Positions 37,141 through 46,896 of a DNA stretch of 64,000 bases are shown here, piece after piece. The stretch's first letter is position 1. Each line of letters starts with the position of its first letter. A program made the position numbers and the translations under genes. Below the pieces are notes generated by a model, which saw nothing but the letters and a program-made list of their open reading frames with translations, was not told the origin of the DNA and did no database searches. Source of the stretch: Phycisphaerae bacterium (lineage in GTDB: Bacteria > Planctomycetota > Phycisphaerae > Phycisphaerales > UBA1924); contig JAEUIW010000014.1 of NCBI GenBank assembly GCA_016794925.1, forward strand, positions 214 to 64,213, read 5' to 3'.

Positions 37141-37260
37141 GCCACTCCCTTCCGGTCGGGCCGCGCGGGCGCCAACCCCAACGGGCTGGGCGTGGGCGAC
37201 CGATCCCGAGCGTTATTCTAGTCAAACACCCCCGCTCGACCCGCCGGAGCGTGCGGGGAA

Positions 37261-37953
37261 TCAGCGTGCGTTCGCCCCCGGCGGCACGGGAACGACCGCC
37301 CGCTCGGCACGCACCTCCTCGATGCGGGCCCCGATCCGCTCGGCCAGCCGCGCCGCCAGGTCCGGGTCCTCTCGACGCGGCACCTTGAAGCCGTACATGT
37401 CGCGGGCGACGAGCGCGGGATCGAGCGTGTACCCGCTCAGGTTGATGGCGGTGGTGTCGGGACGGAACCCGGAACGGTTGAGCCGATTCTGGACCACGTG
37501 CACGCGCGCCACATAGCCCGTTCCGCTCCCACCCGCGCCGCCCCCCCCCTCCCCTTCACGCCCGCCCGCCGCGCCGGGCGTCGCGCCCCCGGACGCCACG
37601 GCGGACCTCGGCTCGAAGGTCACACGGACCACCCGTTCCTCGCGGTTGACGGATTCCCGCGCCTCCTGCTCGAGCGTGGTCTGATCCGGGTCCCACGGGG
37701 TGAAGAACCCCACGCTGGACTTGGGTCGCGTGGTGATGACGCCCGCGACGGGGTCGGAACGCTCGATCTTGAAGTTGTACGCGCGGAGCACGTCGGTGGC
37801 GGCGCGGAAGGCCAACGCGTAATCGGATTCCGCGACCACGGTCATCTCGGGGTGCGTGCTGGCGCACCCCCATATCCACGACAGCGCCGCCCCCGCGACG
37901 CACGCCGCCCGGCATCGCCCGATTCCGCTCGCGCCCCAGCGTGACCCGTGCAT
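37261..37953 (-). CDS. hypothetical lipoprotein
   Basis: Signal with lipobox ALSWIWGC. ATG 4 nt after the stop of the upstream decarboxylase gene. Confidence 0.55.
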   Translation of the reverse strand: MHGSRWGASGIGRCRAACVAGAALSWIWGCASTHPEMTVVAESDYALAFRAATDVLRAYNFKIERSDPVAGVITTRPKSSVGFFTPWDPDQTTLEQEARESVNREERVVRVTFEPRSAVASGGATPGAAGGREGEGGGGAGGSGTGYVARVHVVQNRLNRSGFRPDTTAINLSGYTLDPALVARDMYGFKVPRREDPDLAARLAERIGARIEEVRAERAVVPVPPGANAR

Positions 37954-37957
37954 GCCG

Positions 37958-39445
37958 TCAGTCTAGCGAACCGAGCTCGCGCGCGATCAGGTCCCACGCC
38001 TCGCGCACGTGCCGCTCGTCCGTGAACGTGCCGCCGACGGCCACGCGGATGAGAAACCGCTTCGGCCCGCACGGGTTCCCCCGTGCGGGAACGGTCGTGT
38101 GCGAGAGCAGCACCCGCCCGGTCGCGTTCACACGCTCCAGCAGCCGTTTCGTGCGTGCGTCGGCCCCCGGGCCCTCGCCCCGAACCCGGAAGCAGACCAG
38201 ACTGATCCGGCAGGGCTCATGGACCTCCAGCCGCCCGTCGGCCCGGGCCCACGACGCGAAAGCCCGGGCCATCTCCACGCCGCGCCGCACGTGCGCCCGC
38301 AGGCCCTCCGCGCCGAGCATCCGGGCCACCATCCAAAGCTTGAGGGCGCGGAAACGCCGCCCCAGGGGCACCTGCCAGTCACGGAAGTCAACCACCGACC
38401 CCGATTCCGACGCGGCGTTGCGCAGGTACTCAGGCTGCACGGACAGCGCGCGGATCAGGCTCGCGCGGTCCGCGGTCCAGAAGAGATCGCAATCGAAGTT
38501 GGTCAGCAGCCACTTGTGCGGGTTGACGCACACGGAATCGGCGTCCTCCAGCCCCCGGGCCGACGACCGGAATTCGGGGCAGACCCACGCGTTGCCCTCC
38601 ATCGCCGCGTCCACGTGCAGCCACAGGCGCTCCGCGCGCGCGATCGCCGCGACCGCCGCGACGGGGTCGGCCGCGAGCGTCCCCGTGGTGCCGACGGTGG
38701 CGCACACGAAAAATGGCGTTCGGCCCGCCCGGCGGTCCTCCGCGATCGCCGCCGCGAGCGCCGACGCCGACATCGCCAGTTCGCCGTCGGTCTCGATGAG
38801 GCGCAGGCCCTCGCGATCGTCCGGCCCCCCGGCCACGCCCGCGATCATCGCCGCCTTCGCCACCGACGAGTGGGCCTGGTGCGAGGCGTACGCCACCAGC
38901 CGCCCGGAACCCGCCGGCGCCACCGCCGACCCGAGCGCGCGGACCCGGGCCGCGAGCAGCGCCGCCAGGGTGGCCTCGCTGGCGGTGCCCTGGATCACCC
39001 CTCCGCCCCGACCGTCGGGGGCGTCCGAGCGGAACCGCGCGGGAAGGCCCAGCAGCTCCGCCATCCAGTCCAGCACGCGGATCTCGAGCTCCGTGGCCGC
39101 CGGGCTCGTCGACCAGAGCATCCCGTTCACGTTCAGCCCCGCGCTCAGGATCTCGCCCAGCACGCCCGGCTCGGAGACGTTGCACGGGAAGTACGCGAAG
39201 AACCGGGGCGACTGCCAGTGCGTCAGCCCGGGCAGGATCAGCCGCACGAGGTCACGCTTCACCGCGTCGAAGGCCTCGGGCCGCTCCGGCGCCGAAGCGG
39301 GCAACGCCGCCAGCAGGGCCCCGGGGCGAGCGTCGGACGAGACCGGCCCGTCCTCCAGGCCGTCCCAATAGCGCGTGACCAGATCGATCGCGTCCATCGC
39401 CGCGGCCCGGAACTCGTCGCGCGTCATCCGTTGCCGACCGTCCAT
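37958..39445 (-). CDS. pyridoxal-dependent aromatic-L-amino-acid decarboxylase (group II)
   Basis: THWQSPRFFAYFP, GVIQGTASEATL, NPHKWLLTNFDCDLFW (PLP-Lys region). These are hallmarks of DDC/TDC-type decarboxylases. Confidence 0.85.
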   Translation of the reverse strand: MDGRQRMTRDEFRAAAMDAIDLVTRYWDGLEDGPVSSDARPGALLAALPASAPERPEAFDAVKRDLVRLILPGLTHWQSPRFFAYFPCNVSEPGVLGEILSAGLNVNGMLWSTSPAATELEIRVLDWMAELLGLPARFRSDAPDGRGGGVIQGTASEATLAALLAARVRALGSAVAPAGSGRLVAYASHQAHSSVAKAAMIAGVAGGPDDREGLRLIETDGELAMSASALAAAIAEDRRAGRTPFFVCATVGTTGTLAADPVAAVAAIARAERLWLHVDAAMEGNAWVCPEFRSSARGLEDADSVCVNPHKWLLTNFDCDLFWTADRASLIRALSVQPEYLRNAASESGSVVDFRDWQVPLGRRFRALKLWMVARMLGAEGLRAHVRRGVEMARAFASWARADGRLEVHEPCRISLVCFRVRGEGPGADARTKRLLERVNATGRVLLSHTTVPARGNPCGPKRFLIRVAVGGTFTDERHVREAWDLIARELGSLD

Positions 39446-39521
39446 TCCGCAAGCGTACCACGCGCCCGCGCGGGGCCGTGATCGATCGGGCCCCCGCCGC
39501 GCCCCGCGGGACCGCCGGCGC

Positions 39522-40823
39522 TCACTCCTTGCGGAGTTTCTCCAGCATCTCCTTCTGAGCCTCGAAGAACGCCGGGTCGAGGACCGCCCCCACCTGCCCG
39601 GCGAAGTGGAACTGGAAGTTCTCGTTCTGCTCGACCATCTTCTGCATCTGGCGCAGGAACTGCTCGGCCCGCGAAATCTGGGCCCCGCGCTCCTGGCTCT
39701 TGGGCGGGCTGGAGCGAGCGAAGTTCACCGCCGCGAGGTACTTCTGCACGATCTCGACCATCCGCTTCTCGGTGCGGTCGGTGTCGTCCATGAATTTGTT
39801 GATGGACGCCTCCGCCGCCTCGCCCACCCACTCGACCTCGCCCAGGCCCATCGCCTTGGCGAGCTCCTCGCGCGTGGCCGCGATCCCCTTGGCGAACTTG
39901 AATTTCACGGCGTCCGTGGCGTTGATCGTGAAGACCTGGCCCTCGGGGTTCAGCACGTACTGCCCGGAGGTGTCCTGGAACCACGACACCTCGCCGTTGT
40001 CGTCGATGCTCGCCGACAGCGGGGCCATGATCTGCATCGCCCGCATGATCTTGGGGTCGCGCTTGGCCATGGCCGAGGCCTTCTCCATGCGGTGCAGCAC
40101 CATCTCCAGCCGCATCCCCTTGGACGCCACCAGCCCGCCGCTGAATTCGGTGCACGCGCCGAGGTTGCCCTCGGGCATGAAATAGAACTCCTCGATCGGG
40201 TACGGGCCCATCGCCGCGGCGGAGATCGCCGACTCGACCCAGCCGACGGTTCGGAACTTGGGCTTGTACTCCTTCTCGAACACGTCCTGCAGGCGCTCCA
40301 TCTCCAGCGAATAACCGCCGCCGGAGTTGATTCGGACCACCACCACCTGCACGCCGTCCTTCTCCAGCAGGGGGATGGCGTCGCGGAACGCCTTGGCGCT
40401 GATCGTCACGCCCACCATGTTGCCCACGCGCCCCTGCCAGCCGCTGGGGGGACCGAAGTTCAGGATCGCCACCCGCGTTGCGGTCGACGATCGCGGCCGA
40501 TCGGTCTTGGAGGCCCCGGTCGCGCCGGCCCCGGGGGCGTCCTTCGCCGCGGGCTTGGACCCGTCCTTGGCCTTGGCCTGGGGCGCGTCCGTCGAGCGCT
40601 CGATCTTCTCGACCTGCTCGGGGAGGAAGTACTCGGGCTGCTCCACCCCCGCGGTGATCACCACGAAGTAGATGTAGTCCTTCTCCTCCTTCTCGACCCG
40701 ACCCTGCAGGACGCGCCCGTCCTTGAGGTGGATGGTGTCCGCCCGCGCGGCGGTCGCCAGCAGCGCCGCGACGCCAACCACCCCGATCATCGCCGCCCTC
40801 ACGAACCACGTGCTGAAGCTCAT
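39522..40823 (-). CDS. secreted ClpP/crotonase-fold (NfeD/SppA-like) serine protease homolog
   Basis: Signal peptide. Small N-terminal IHLKDGRVLQGRV..YIYF domain. VVVVRINSGGG and ESAISAAAM motifs resemble the NfeD/SppA oxyanion and Ser motifs. Helical C-terminal domain. Confidence 0.6.
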   Translation of the reverse strand: MSFSTWFVRAAMIGVVGVAALLATAARADTIHLKDGRVLQGRVEKEEKDYIYFVVITAGVEQPEYFLPEQVEKIERSTDAPQAKAKDGSKPAAKDAPGAGATGASKTDRPRSSTATRVAILNFGPPSGWQGRVGNMVGVTISAKAFRDAIPLLEKDGVQVVVVRINSGGGYSLEMERLQDVFEKEYKPKFRTVGWVESAISAAAMGPYPIEEFYFMPEGNLGACTEFSGGLVASKGMRLEMVLHRMEKASAMAKRDPKIMRAMQIMAPLSASIDDNGEVSWFQDTSGQYVLNPEGQVFTINATDAVKFKFAKGIAATREELAKAMGLGEVEWVGEAAEASINKFMDDTDRTEKRMVEIVQKYLAAVNFARSSPPKSQERGAQISRAEQFLRQMQKMVEQNENFQFHFAGQVGAVLDPAFFEAQKEMLEKLRKE

Positions 40824-40884
40824 CGCTTGTTCCCTCGCGTGTCTGTGCGTGCCGCCCGTCCGTGCGCGGACGGCGCGGCGCCGA

Positions 40885-42369
40885 TTACTTCTTGTCGCGC
40901 CGCTGCTCCTGCTCGAGCCGGTCGATCATGATGTTGATCTGGGTCGTCCAGTCATTGGGCGCGCCCTCGATGGCCCTGGGGTTGATCGCCTCCTTGAATC
41001 GCTCCAGCAGGGCCTTGATCTGCTTGAGGATCTGGATCCGCTTGCCGCGGGCGCGGGACCGTTCGTCCCACGTGCCCTGGACCTGGGTCTCGTTGTGCTG
41101 CCGCCACAGCCGCCGGAAATCCCGCTCGGCCTGGGTGACGTCCTTGCCCCAATCCTCGAGGATCTTGTCCTGCTTGGCCTGCACCATCGAGGCGTTCTTG
41201 GAGACGCCCAGCTCGAAGAGCAGCTGGTCGAGGGTGTCCACGGTCCCTTTGCTCAGCCCGAGCTTGTACGCCATGTCCGCGTTGAGCGTGAGCGTGTCGT
41301 TGCCCTGGAAGCGGACGACCGCCTGCTCGGTGTCCTTGTTCGGGTCCTTGCCGTCGTCGGTGAGGAGCACGTCGCCGGACGCGTCCTCGTGGTACACCGG
41401 CTGGCCGCCCTCGAACGACACGCTCAGCACGTAGTCGGTGCGGGCCATGGCGCGCACCAGCTTGGGCTCGTGGCCACCCTTGATGGCGAGCCCCTCGGCC
41501 CGCTTCAGCCGCAGCGAGTACTGCTTCTCCTGGGCCACCTTGTCGCCCACGCCGTTGAAGATGGTCTCCAGTCCGCCCACGCCGCCGTGCAGCGCGTCGG
41601 ACGTGTAGTAGATGTCGGGCGCCGCGAAGGGGAGGAACGCCGCGCCGCCCAGGGCCTTGCGCACCCACATCACCACCCGGGGCTTGATCGTCCAGTCCTG
41701 GTCGTCGCGGATGTCGTCCGTGAACATGGTCGAGAGCTGGCGCGCGGTCTCGAGCTGGTTGAACGCCGGGCCCGCGTCGTTGGGCACGAAGTCCGGCAGC
41801 TCCTCGCCCATGTACTTGTACTCGCAATCCAGCTTGATCACGATGATCCCGGGCTGCTGCTTCTTCGCGTCGGCCATCACGTCCTTGAGCGGCGTGGCCG
41901 AGACATCGCGCCCGAACTCGTGCTTCAGGTTGATCAGGTACACCTTCGTCGCGTCCGACTCGGACGAGTTCACCACCCCGCTCGTCTCTTTCGCCTTCTT
42001 GTCTCGCGGCGAGGACGCGGGCGTCGCGGGTTTGGCGGCCGGCTTCTCCTCGCGCACCCCGCCCGCCCCGCGCTCGATCTTCAGGATCTCGCTGCTGTCG
42101 TACGTGGTCTCCGAGACCAGGCCCACCGACGTCACCACCTTGATCCGCACCGTCGTGGCCGTCTCCTCGATCACCTCGCCGTCGATCACCTTCCCGGAGC
42201 GGAAGAGAATGCGGTCCAGCGGCTTGGGGTCCTTCGCCTCGGGCTTGGGCGGCTCGGGTGTCTTCGGCGCCGGCGGCTCGGACCACGCCCGCGCGGACGG
42301 GTTCGCCGCCACGAAACCGATCGCGCCCGCCCCAAACCCGATCGCCAGCATCCGCGCGTGCCTCTTCAT
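40885..42369 (-). CDS. paralog of the ClpP/NfeD-like protein, catalytic motifs degenerate
   Basis: Same layout (signal, ILFRSGKVIDGEV...ILKIER domain, ClpP-like core, helical tail). Has IIVIKLDCEYKY and RKALGGAAFL in place of the INSGGG and AISAAAM motifs. Confidence 0.6.
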   Translation of the reverse strand: MKRHARMLAIGFGAGAIGFVAANPSARAWSEPPAPKTPEPPKPEAKDPKPLDRILFRSGKVIDGEVIEETATTVRIKVVTSVGLVSETTYDSSEILKIERGAGGVREEKPAAKPATPASSPRDKKAKETSGVVNSSESDATKVYLINLKHEFGRDVSATPLKDVMADAKKQQPGIIVIKLDCEYKYMGEELPDFVPNDAGPAFNQLETARQLSTMFTDDIRDDQDWTIKPRVVMWVRKALGGAAFLPFAAPDIYYTSDALHGGVGGLETIFNGVGDKVAQEKQYSLRLKRAEGLAIKGGHEPKLVRAMARTDYVLSVSFEGGQPVYHEDASGDVLLTDDGKDPNKDTEQAVVRFQGNDTLTLNADMAYKLGLSKGTVDTLDQLLFELGVSKNASMVQAKQDKILEDWGKDVTQAERDFRRLWRQHNETQVQGTWDERSRARGKRIQILKQIKALLERFKEAINPRAIEGAPNDWTTQINIMIDRLEQEQRRDKK

Positions 42370-42480
42370 CTCGTGGTTCCTTACTCTCGCTGAGACCCAG
42401 CCGTACGACCCGGGAACGAACGCCCCGTGCAGAACGCCCGTGCGCACCCCACCCCCGGGGCGCGCACCCGACGCCACAGA

Positions 42481-43755
42481 TTAGACACCCATCCTCTTCG
42501 CAAGTTCCATCGCTTCGGCCTTGTTGGTCACTCTTCCTTCGAGTTGAGCATCGTACACCGCGGCCAAGACCCTCCCAAATATCGGACCTGGACGGGCGCC
42601 TCCCGCCACCAGGTCGTCCCCCGTCAACAAAGGCTCAGGGGAAATACCCCCCGCGATCCCATGAAGTTCGCGCATCCGGGCCCGGACCGGGTGAACCAGA
42701 TCGGGCCGACGCAGTTCCAGCAGGCTCATCGCGGATTCGAAACCAGCCCGGGCAACCAACCTTTTTTGGGGTGCTACCCCGGCGGACAGCCAGCCCCCTG
42801 CAAGCATCTCCAATATCTCCAATTCGGTTCGGATCGCTTCCGACTCATCGTTGCTCAGGCACAACGCCCGCCGCCAACGGCGCGCCACCGCGTCGATCTC
42901 GCCCGCGCGCAGCACGGCTGCCGGGGCCGCGTGCCGGTCCAGGGCCCACGCGCCCAAGCAGGTCGCGAAGGCCGCCCCATCGGGCAGGGCGGCGAGGGTC
43001 GCGACCGTCGCCACCCGGGACGGCTCGTCCAGCACCGGCGCATCCAGCCCGAGTTCAACGAGCATCCCGGCCGCGGCGGACCGCCCCGCCCCGGGTGCGA
43101 ACATCCGCCGCAGCTCTTCCCCGATGCGCTCGCGGCTGACCCCCCGCAGCTCGCGGGCGTGGGCGCCGATGGCCGCGCCGGTCTCGGCGTCGAGCGTGAA
43201 CCCGAGCCGCGCCGCGAAACGGACCGCCCGCAGGGCGCGGAGATGGTCCTCGGCCAGGCGGGCGTGCGGATCGCCCACGGCGCGCACCACCCGCGCGCGC
43301 AGGTCGTTCAGACCCCCGACGTAATCGATGACCCCATCGCCGAGGTCGCCTCGCGCCACGCCGTGCCAGCGCTCGGGGTCGAGGAAGAGCGCGTTGATGG
43401 TGAAGTCCCGGCGCTGCGCGTCGCCGCGAGCGTCTGAGAAGGTCACGGCGTCGGGTCGTCGGGCGTCGGAATAGGGCCCGTCGGAGCGGAAGGTCGCGAC
43501 CTCGATGGCGCAGCCGTCGAGCCTCACCAGCACGACGCCGAACGCGGCCCCCACCTCGCTGGTGCTGCGGAACAGCTCGCGGACCCGGGCCGGGGGCGCA
43601 TCGGTGGCGACGTCGAAATCCGTCGGCCGCAGCCCGAGCAGCAGGTCGCGCACGCACCCGCCCGCGAAGTACGCCGCGTGCCCGCGGGCGCGGAGCGCGG
43701 CGACCACATTCGCGGCGGCGAGACGGGCGAGTTCGGGGTCGTGGGCGCGGGGCAT
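42481..43755 (-). CDS. cca: CCA-adding tRNA nucleotidyltransferase / poly(A) polymerase family protein
   Basis: YFAGGCVRDLLLG..P.DFDVAT, RRDFTINALF, LRAVRFAARLGF. Start at MPRAHDP (cat at 43753-43755). The longer track ORF would overlap the downstream SRPBCC gene. Confidence 0.8.
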   Translation of the reverse strand: MPRAHDPELARLAAANVVAALRARGHAAYFAGGCVRDLLLGLRPTDFDVATDAPPARVRELFRSTSEVGAAFGVVLVRLDGCAIEVATFRSDGPYSDARRPDAVTFSDARGDAQRRDFTINALFLDPERWHGVARGDLGDGVIDYVGGLNDLRARVVRAVGDPHARLAEDHLRALRAVRFAARLGFTLDAETGAAIGAHARELRGVSRERIGEELRRMFAPGAGRSAAAGMLVELGLDAPVLDEPSRVATVATLAALPDGAAFATCLGAWALDRHAAPAAVLRAGEIDAVARRWRRALCLSNDESEAIRTELEILEMLAGGWLSAGVAPQKRLVARAGFESAMSLLELRRPDLVHPVRARMRELHGIAGGISPEPLLTGDDLVAGGARPGPIFGRVLAAVYDAQLEGRVTNKAEAMELAKRMGV

Positions 43756-43856
43756 GGGGTGATCGTACTGGGGGCGCCGCGCCGGGTGCGCGCGTGCGCG
43801 CTGGCGCGGCGTTCGCCCTTCCGTCATGCACGCCGCGTGCCCCGAAGAAACGGCGA

Positions 43857-44405
43857 TCACGGCCCGAAACGGATCTTCCCCGTCTCGATGCGCGCGTCCT
43901 CGCCGAACTTCGCGGCCAGGGCCCGCAGGTGCCGCTTCAGGTACATCGCGGGGTCGACCACGTGCTTCATCATCGCGCGGGGGATCGCCGAGTGGATCCG
44001 CCCGTGCTCGGTCAGGTGCACCGCGCAGCCGCGCCCGGCGTCGCGGACCTCGAACGTCCAATCGCCGCTGAAGAACTGGGCCTCGTCCGCGATGGTGCGG
44101 ACCAGCACCCGCGGAGGCTCGTGGCGCGTCGTTTCCAGCACCATCCGGTTGCGGCCCATGACCCAGCGCCAGGTCTCACGCCCCTCGCGCTCGGGCAGGC
44201 GCTCGACGCGGGTCACGCCCTTGTCCCACGAGGGGACGCCGGGCGTGTCGGCGAGCGCGGCGAACACCTCCGCCGCGGGGCGGTCGAGCGTGAGCGTCGC
44301 GTCGATCACGTGCCGGTCTGGCAGCGCCCGGCCGATGAGCCAGAACACGAGCACGGTCGCCACCAGCACGCCCAACAGCCCGCCGACGATCCAGATCCAC
44401 AGCAT
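43857..44405 (-). CDS. SRPBCC (START/polyketide-cyclase-like) protein with N-terminal TM anchor
   Basis: MLWIWIVGGLLGVLVATVLVFWLIG anchor, then a typical SRPBCC pattern (..P...VF..L.D....P.W......VE......R.W). Confidence 0.65.
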   Translation of the reverse strand: MLWIWIVGGLLGVLVATVLVFWLIGRALPDRHVIDATLTLDRPAAEVFAALADTPGVPSWDKGVTRVERLPEREGRETWRWVMGRNRMVLETTRHEPPRVLVRTIADEAQFFSGDWTFEVRDAGRGCAVHLTEHGRIHSAIPRAMMKHVVDPAMYLKRHLRALAAKFGEDARIETGKIRFGP

Positions 44406-44529
44406 GGGCGCAGTCTACAGGATGATCTCCGATCCGTCATCCGCCGGCGCCCAGCCCACGGTTCCACCTTGCTCCCCACCCACCCCACATGGCGCCGGCC
44501 CCGCGCGCGCCCCCGGGGTACCTTCACCC

Positions 44530-45414
44530 GTGCGCATCGAGTTCGTCCATGTCGGTTCCGCGGACGATCCCCGCCTGATCGACTACCTCGGGCTGCGCGA
44601 CGCCCACCTCCGCGAGCAGCACCTCGCGGAGAGTCCCTCCGGACTCTTCATGGCCGAGGGCGAGACCGTCATCCGGCACCTGCTCGCGCACGCACGGCCG
44701 TTCCGCTCCATGCTCGTCGCCGCCAACCGCGTGCCCGCCCTCGAATCGCTCCTGCGCGAGACGCGGCACGATCCGCCCGATTCACTGCCTGTGTATGTCG
44801 TCGAACCATGTGTGCTCGAGCGCGTGACGGGCTTCAACCTGCACCGCGGGTTGCTCGCCTCGGCCTACCGGCCGCCTCGGCGCACCTGGCGTGATCTGAC
44901 CGGCTCCGATCGGCCCCTGGTCATCCTCGAGGACCTCGCGAACCACGACAACCTCGGCGGGATCTTCCGATCCGTGTCCGCGTTCAATGCCGCGGGCGTG
45001 CTGCTCTCTCCGCGCTGCGCCGATCCGCTGTATCGCAAGTCGGTCCGCGTTTCGGTCGGCGCCGCGGCGACCGTGCCCTTCGCACGCATCGAGCCCTGGC
45101 CGCGGGCCCTGGGAGAACTCCGCGAATTGGGCTGGAACGTGCTCGCGCTGGCCACGGATGGCGCGATCGCCTTGTCAGAGTGGCGAACGACCATGACGTC
45201 CTATAACTATTTGAAGACATCTCGGACGGCAATTGTGCTGGGATCCGAGGGGCCGGGACTCTCGGCCGAGGCGCGCGCATGTTCCAGTGAAACAGTACAA
45301 ATTCCCATCTCGCCGCAATCAGATTCATTGAACGTGGTCGTCGCCGCCTCCATCGCCCTCTGGGAGCTCGCCAAGCCGCGCCCGCGCGCGGAACAACATT
45401 CGAGCCCGCACTGA
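44530..45414 (+). CDS. TrmH/SpoU family RNA 2'-O-methyltransferase
   Basis: GTG start. FMAEGETVIRHLL, DLANHDNLGGIFRSVSAFN, IVLGSEGPGLS, IPI....DSLNVVVAASIALWE SPOUT motifs. Confidence 0.8.
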   Translation: MRIEFVHVGSADDPRLIDYLGLRDAHLREQHLAESPSGLFMAEGETVIRHLLAHARPFRSMLVAANRVPALESLLRETRHDPPDSLPVYVVEPCVLERVTGFNLHRGLLASAYRPPRRTWRDLTGSDRPLVILEDLANHDNLGGIFRSVSAFNAAGVLLSPRCADPLYRKSVRVSVGAAATVPFARIEPWPRALGELRELGWNVLALATDGAIALSEWRTTMTSYNYLKTSRTAIVLGSEGPGLSAEARACSSETVQIPISPQSDSLNVVVAASIALWELAKPRPRAEQHSSPH

Positions 45415-45560
45415 TTTCCCGGCGTACGGACATCGATTTGCAGGTAGACTCACTGGGAAGCGCCGATGCGTTCATGGCACGCTCCCGAACCCCGCTCAGG
45501 CGTGCGGCGTAGCGTCGAGTGGTTTTTTCGCCGGCCCCGGCTCATCACGGAGATTGCACG

Positions 45561-46802
45561 ATGAAGTTTGCACACGGTCTTTCCGCAGCGTTCGCCCTCG
45601 TCCTGCTGGCCGGCTCCACGGCGTTGGCACAGGACGTCGCCCGCAAGCACGGCGGCGTGCTGCGCGAGCAGTTGTCCCAGATGGAGATGAAGCCGTTCGA
45701 TGCCGCGCTGCTGAGCACTCTGCCCGGCTGGACCAACGGCTCGGCCCCCACTTCCGAGTCCTTGCGGGGCAAGGTCGTGGTCGTGGTCACCTGGTCCTCG
45801 TGGTACAAGGTCTCGCACAACGCGCTCGCCTCCGCCCAGCAGATCCAGGATCGTCTGGGCGGCCAGGGCGTGATCGTGCTGGGCGTGCATCACCAGCAGG
45901 GCTTCGAGGACGCCAAGTCCGTCGCCGCGGCCAAGGGCGCGACGTTCCCGTTCGCGCACGACGAGAAGGGCGCGTTCCGATCTGCGCTCAGGGTCGATCA
46001 GGACCCCGAGATCTTCGTCATCGACCGGGCCGGAAATCTCCGGTACGCCGACGTGACCAACGAGGCCGCCCTGGGCGCCGCCGAGTCGCTCGCCAAGGAG
46101 ACCACCGAACAGGCCGCCGCGCTCCCCGCCTCGATCAAGGACCGCGCCGCCTCCGCCCAGGCCGAGGCGTCCAAGGCCCGCGGCGTCGCGGGCGCCATGC
46201 GCCCCGGCACGCTCCTGAATGTCGTGTTCACGCCCCCCGCGGCCGAGGAGTACAAGGCCACCAAGTGGCCCGAGACCAACAGCGACACCAGCGGCCTGAA
46301 CGCCGATGATCTTCAGGGCAAGCCCCTGCCCCAGGGCGCGGCCGCCGGGAAGTGGATCACCGAAGCCCCCAACACCTCCGGCCGCGTGGTGGTCTTCGAC
46401 TTCTGGGCCACGTGGTGCGGGCCGTGCAAGCGCGCCATGCCCACCCTCGACGACCTGCAGAAGAAGAACCGCCAGGACCTGGTCATCGTCGGGATGAGCG
46501 GCCAGCCCGCGGGCGACTACAAGGAGGACTTCGAATCGGTCAAGAAGTTCCTCGGCACGCACAAGTCCGAGTACGCCCACGCCAACGATCTCGGGCAATC
46601 GCTCTACAAGGCGTTCCGCATCAACGCCATCCCGCACGTCGTGGTCGTCTCGACCGACAACGTGGTCCGCTGGCAGGGCAACCCGCTCGATCCCAAGTTC
46701 CGCGCCGCGGTGGAGAACACGCTCCGCGTCGATCCCGGTGTGAAGGCCCGCCGCGCCGCCGAAGAGGCGTTCCTCAAGAAGTCCGAGGCCCGGGCTGGCT
46801 GA
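45561..46802 (+). CDS. secreted tandem thioredoxin-fold (TlpA/redoxin-like) protein
   Basis: Signal MKFAHGLSAAFALVLLAGSTALA. First TlpA-like domain lacks CXXC (TWSSWYKVS). Second has FWATWCGPCK. Confidence 0.8.
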   Translation: MKFAHGLSAAFALVLLAGSTALAQDVARKHGGVLREQLSQMEMKPFDAALLSTLPGWTNGSAPTSESLRGKVVVVVTWSSWYKVSHNALASAQQIQDRLGGQGVIVLGVHHQQGFEDAKSVAAAKGATFPFAHDEKGAFRSALRVDQDPEIFVIDRAGNLRYADVTNEAALGAAESLAKETTEQAAALPASIKDRAASAQAEASKARGVAGAMRPGTLLNVVFTPPAAEEYKATKWPETNSDTSGLNADDLQGKPLPQGAAAGKWITEAPNTSGRVVVFDFWATWCGPCKRAMPTLDDLQKKNRQDLVIVGMSGQPAGDYKEDFESVKKFLGTHKSEYAHANDLGQSLYKAFRINAIPHVVVVSTDNVVRWQGNPLDPKFRAAVENTLRVDPGVKARRAAEEAFLKKSEARAG

Positions 46803-46844
46803 GCCGCGCCGCCCGCGGCTCGACTCTCATTCACGATCCGCACG

Positions 46845-46877
46845 GGGCCGCTCCCCCAGGGGGCGGCCCTCTTCGTT
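46845..46877 (+). terminator. candidate terminator after the thioredoxin-like gene
   Basis: GGGCCGCTCCCCC-A-GGGGGCGGCCC (one bulge) followed by TCTTCGTT. A second perfect hairpin GAGCCGCG-N5-CGCGGCTC lies at 46801-46821. Confidence 0.45.
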
Positions 46878-46896
46878 GCATCGCGCCGGGGCTACG

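Noticed and set aside
35371-37225. ORFs 35371..37221 (+) and 35984..37225 (-) overlapping the UGM-like gene
   Set aside because: Shadow frames. The 35428..37140 frame has the FAD fold and family motifs.
37941-42393. ORFs 37941..39371, 38009..39481, 39375..40931, 40723..42393 (+) and 39424..40809, 40952..42286 (-)
   Set aside because: Alternative frames or strands of the decarboxylase and ClpP-like genes. Arg/Pro/Gly-dominated, with no motifs.
43756-44061. Long N-terminal extension of the cca ORF (track start 44061)
   Set aside because: It would overlap the convergently placed SRPBCC gene by 200 nt. It is Arg/Pro-rich, and the conserved nucleotidyltransferase domain begins just after the ATG at 43755.
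45415-45560. Terminator after the TrmH-family gene (T6 run near 45527)
   Set aside because: The sequence preceding the T-run forms only an imperfect, mismatched stem. This is too weak to report as a feature.
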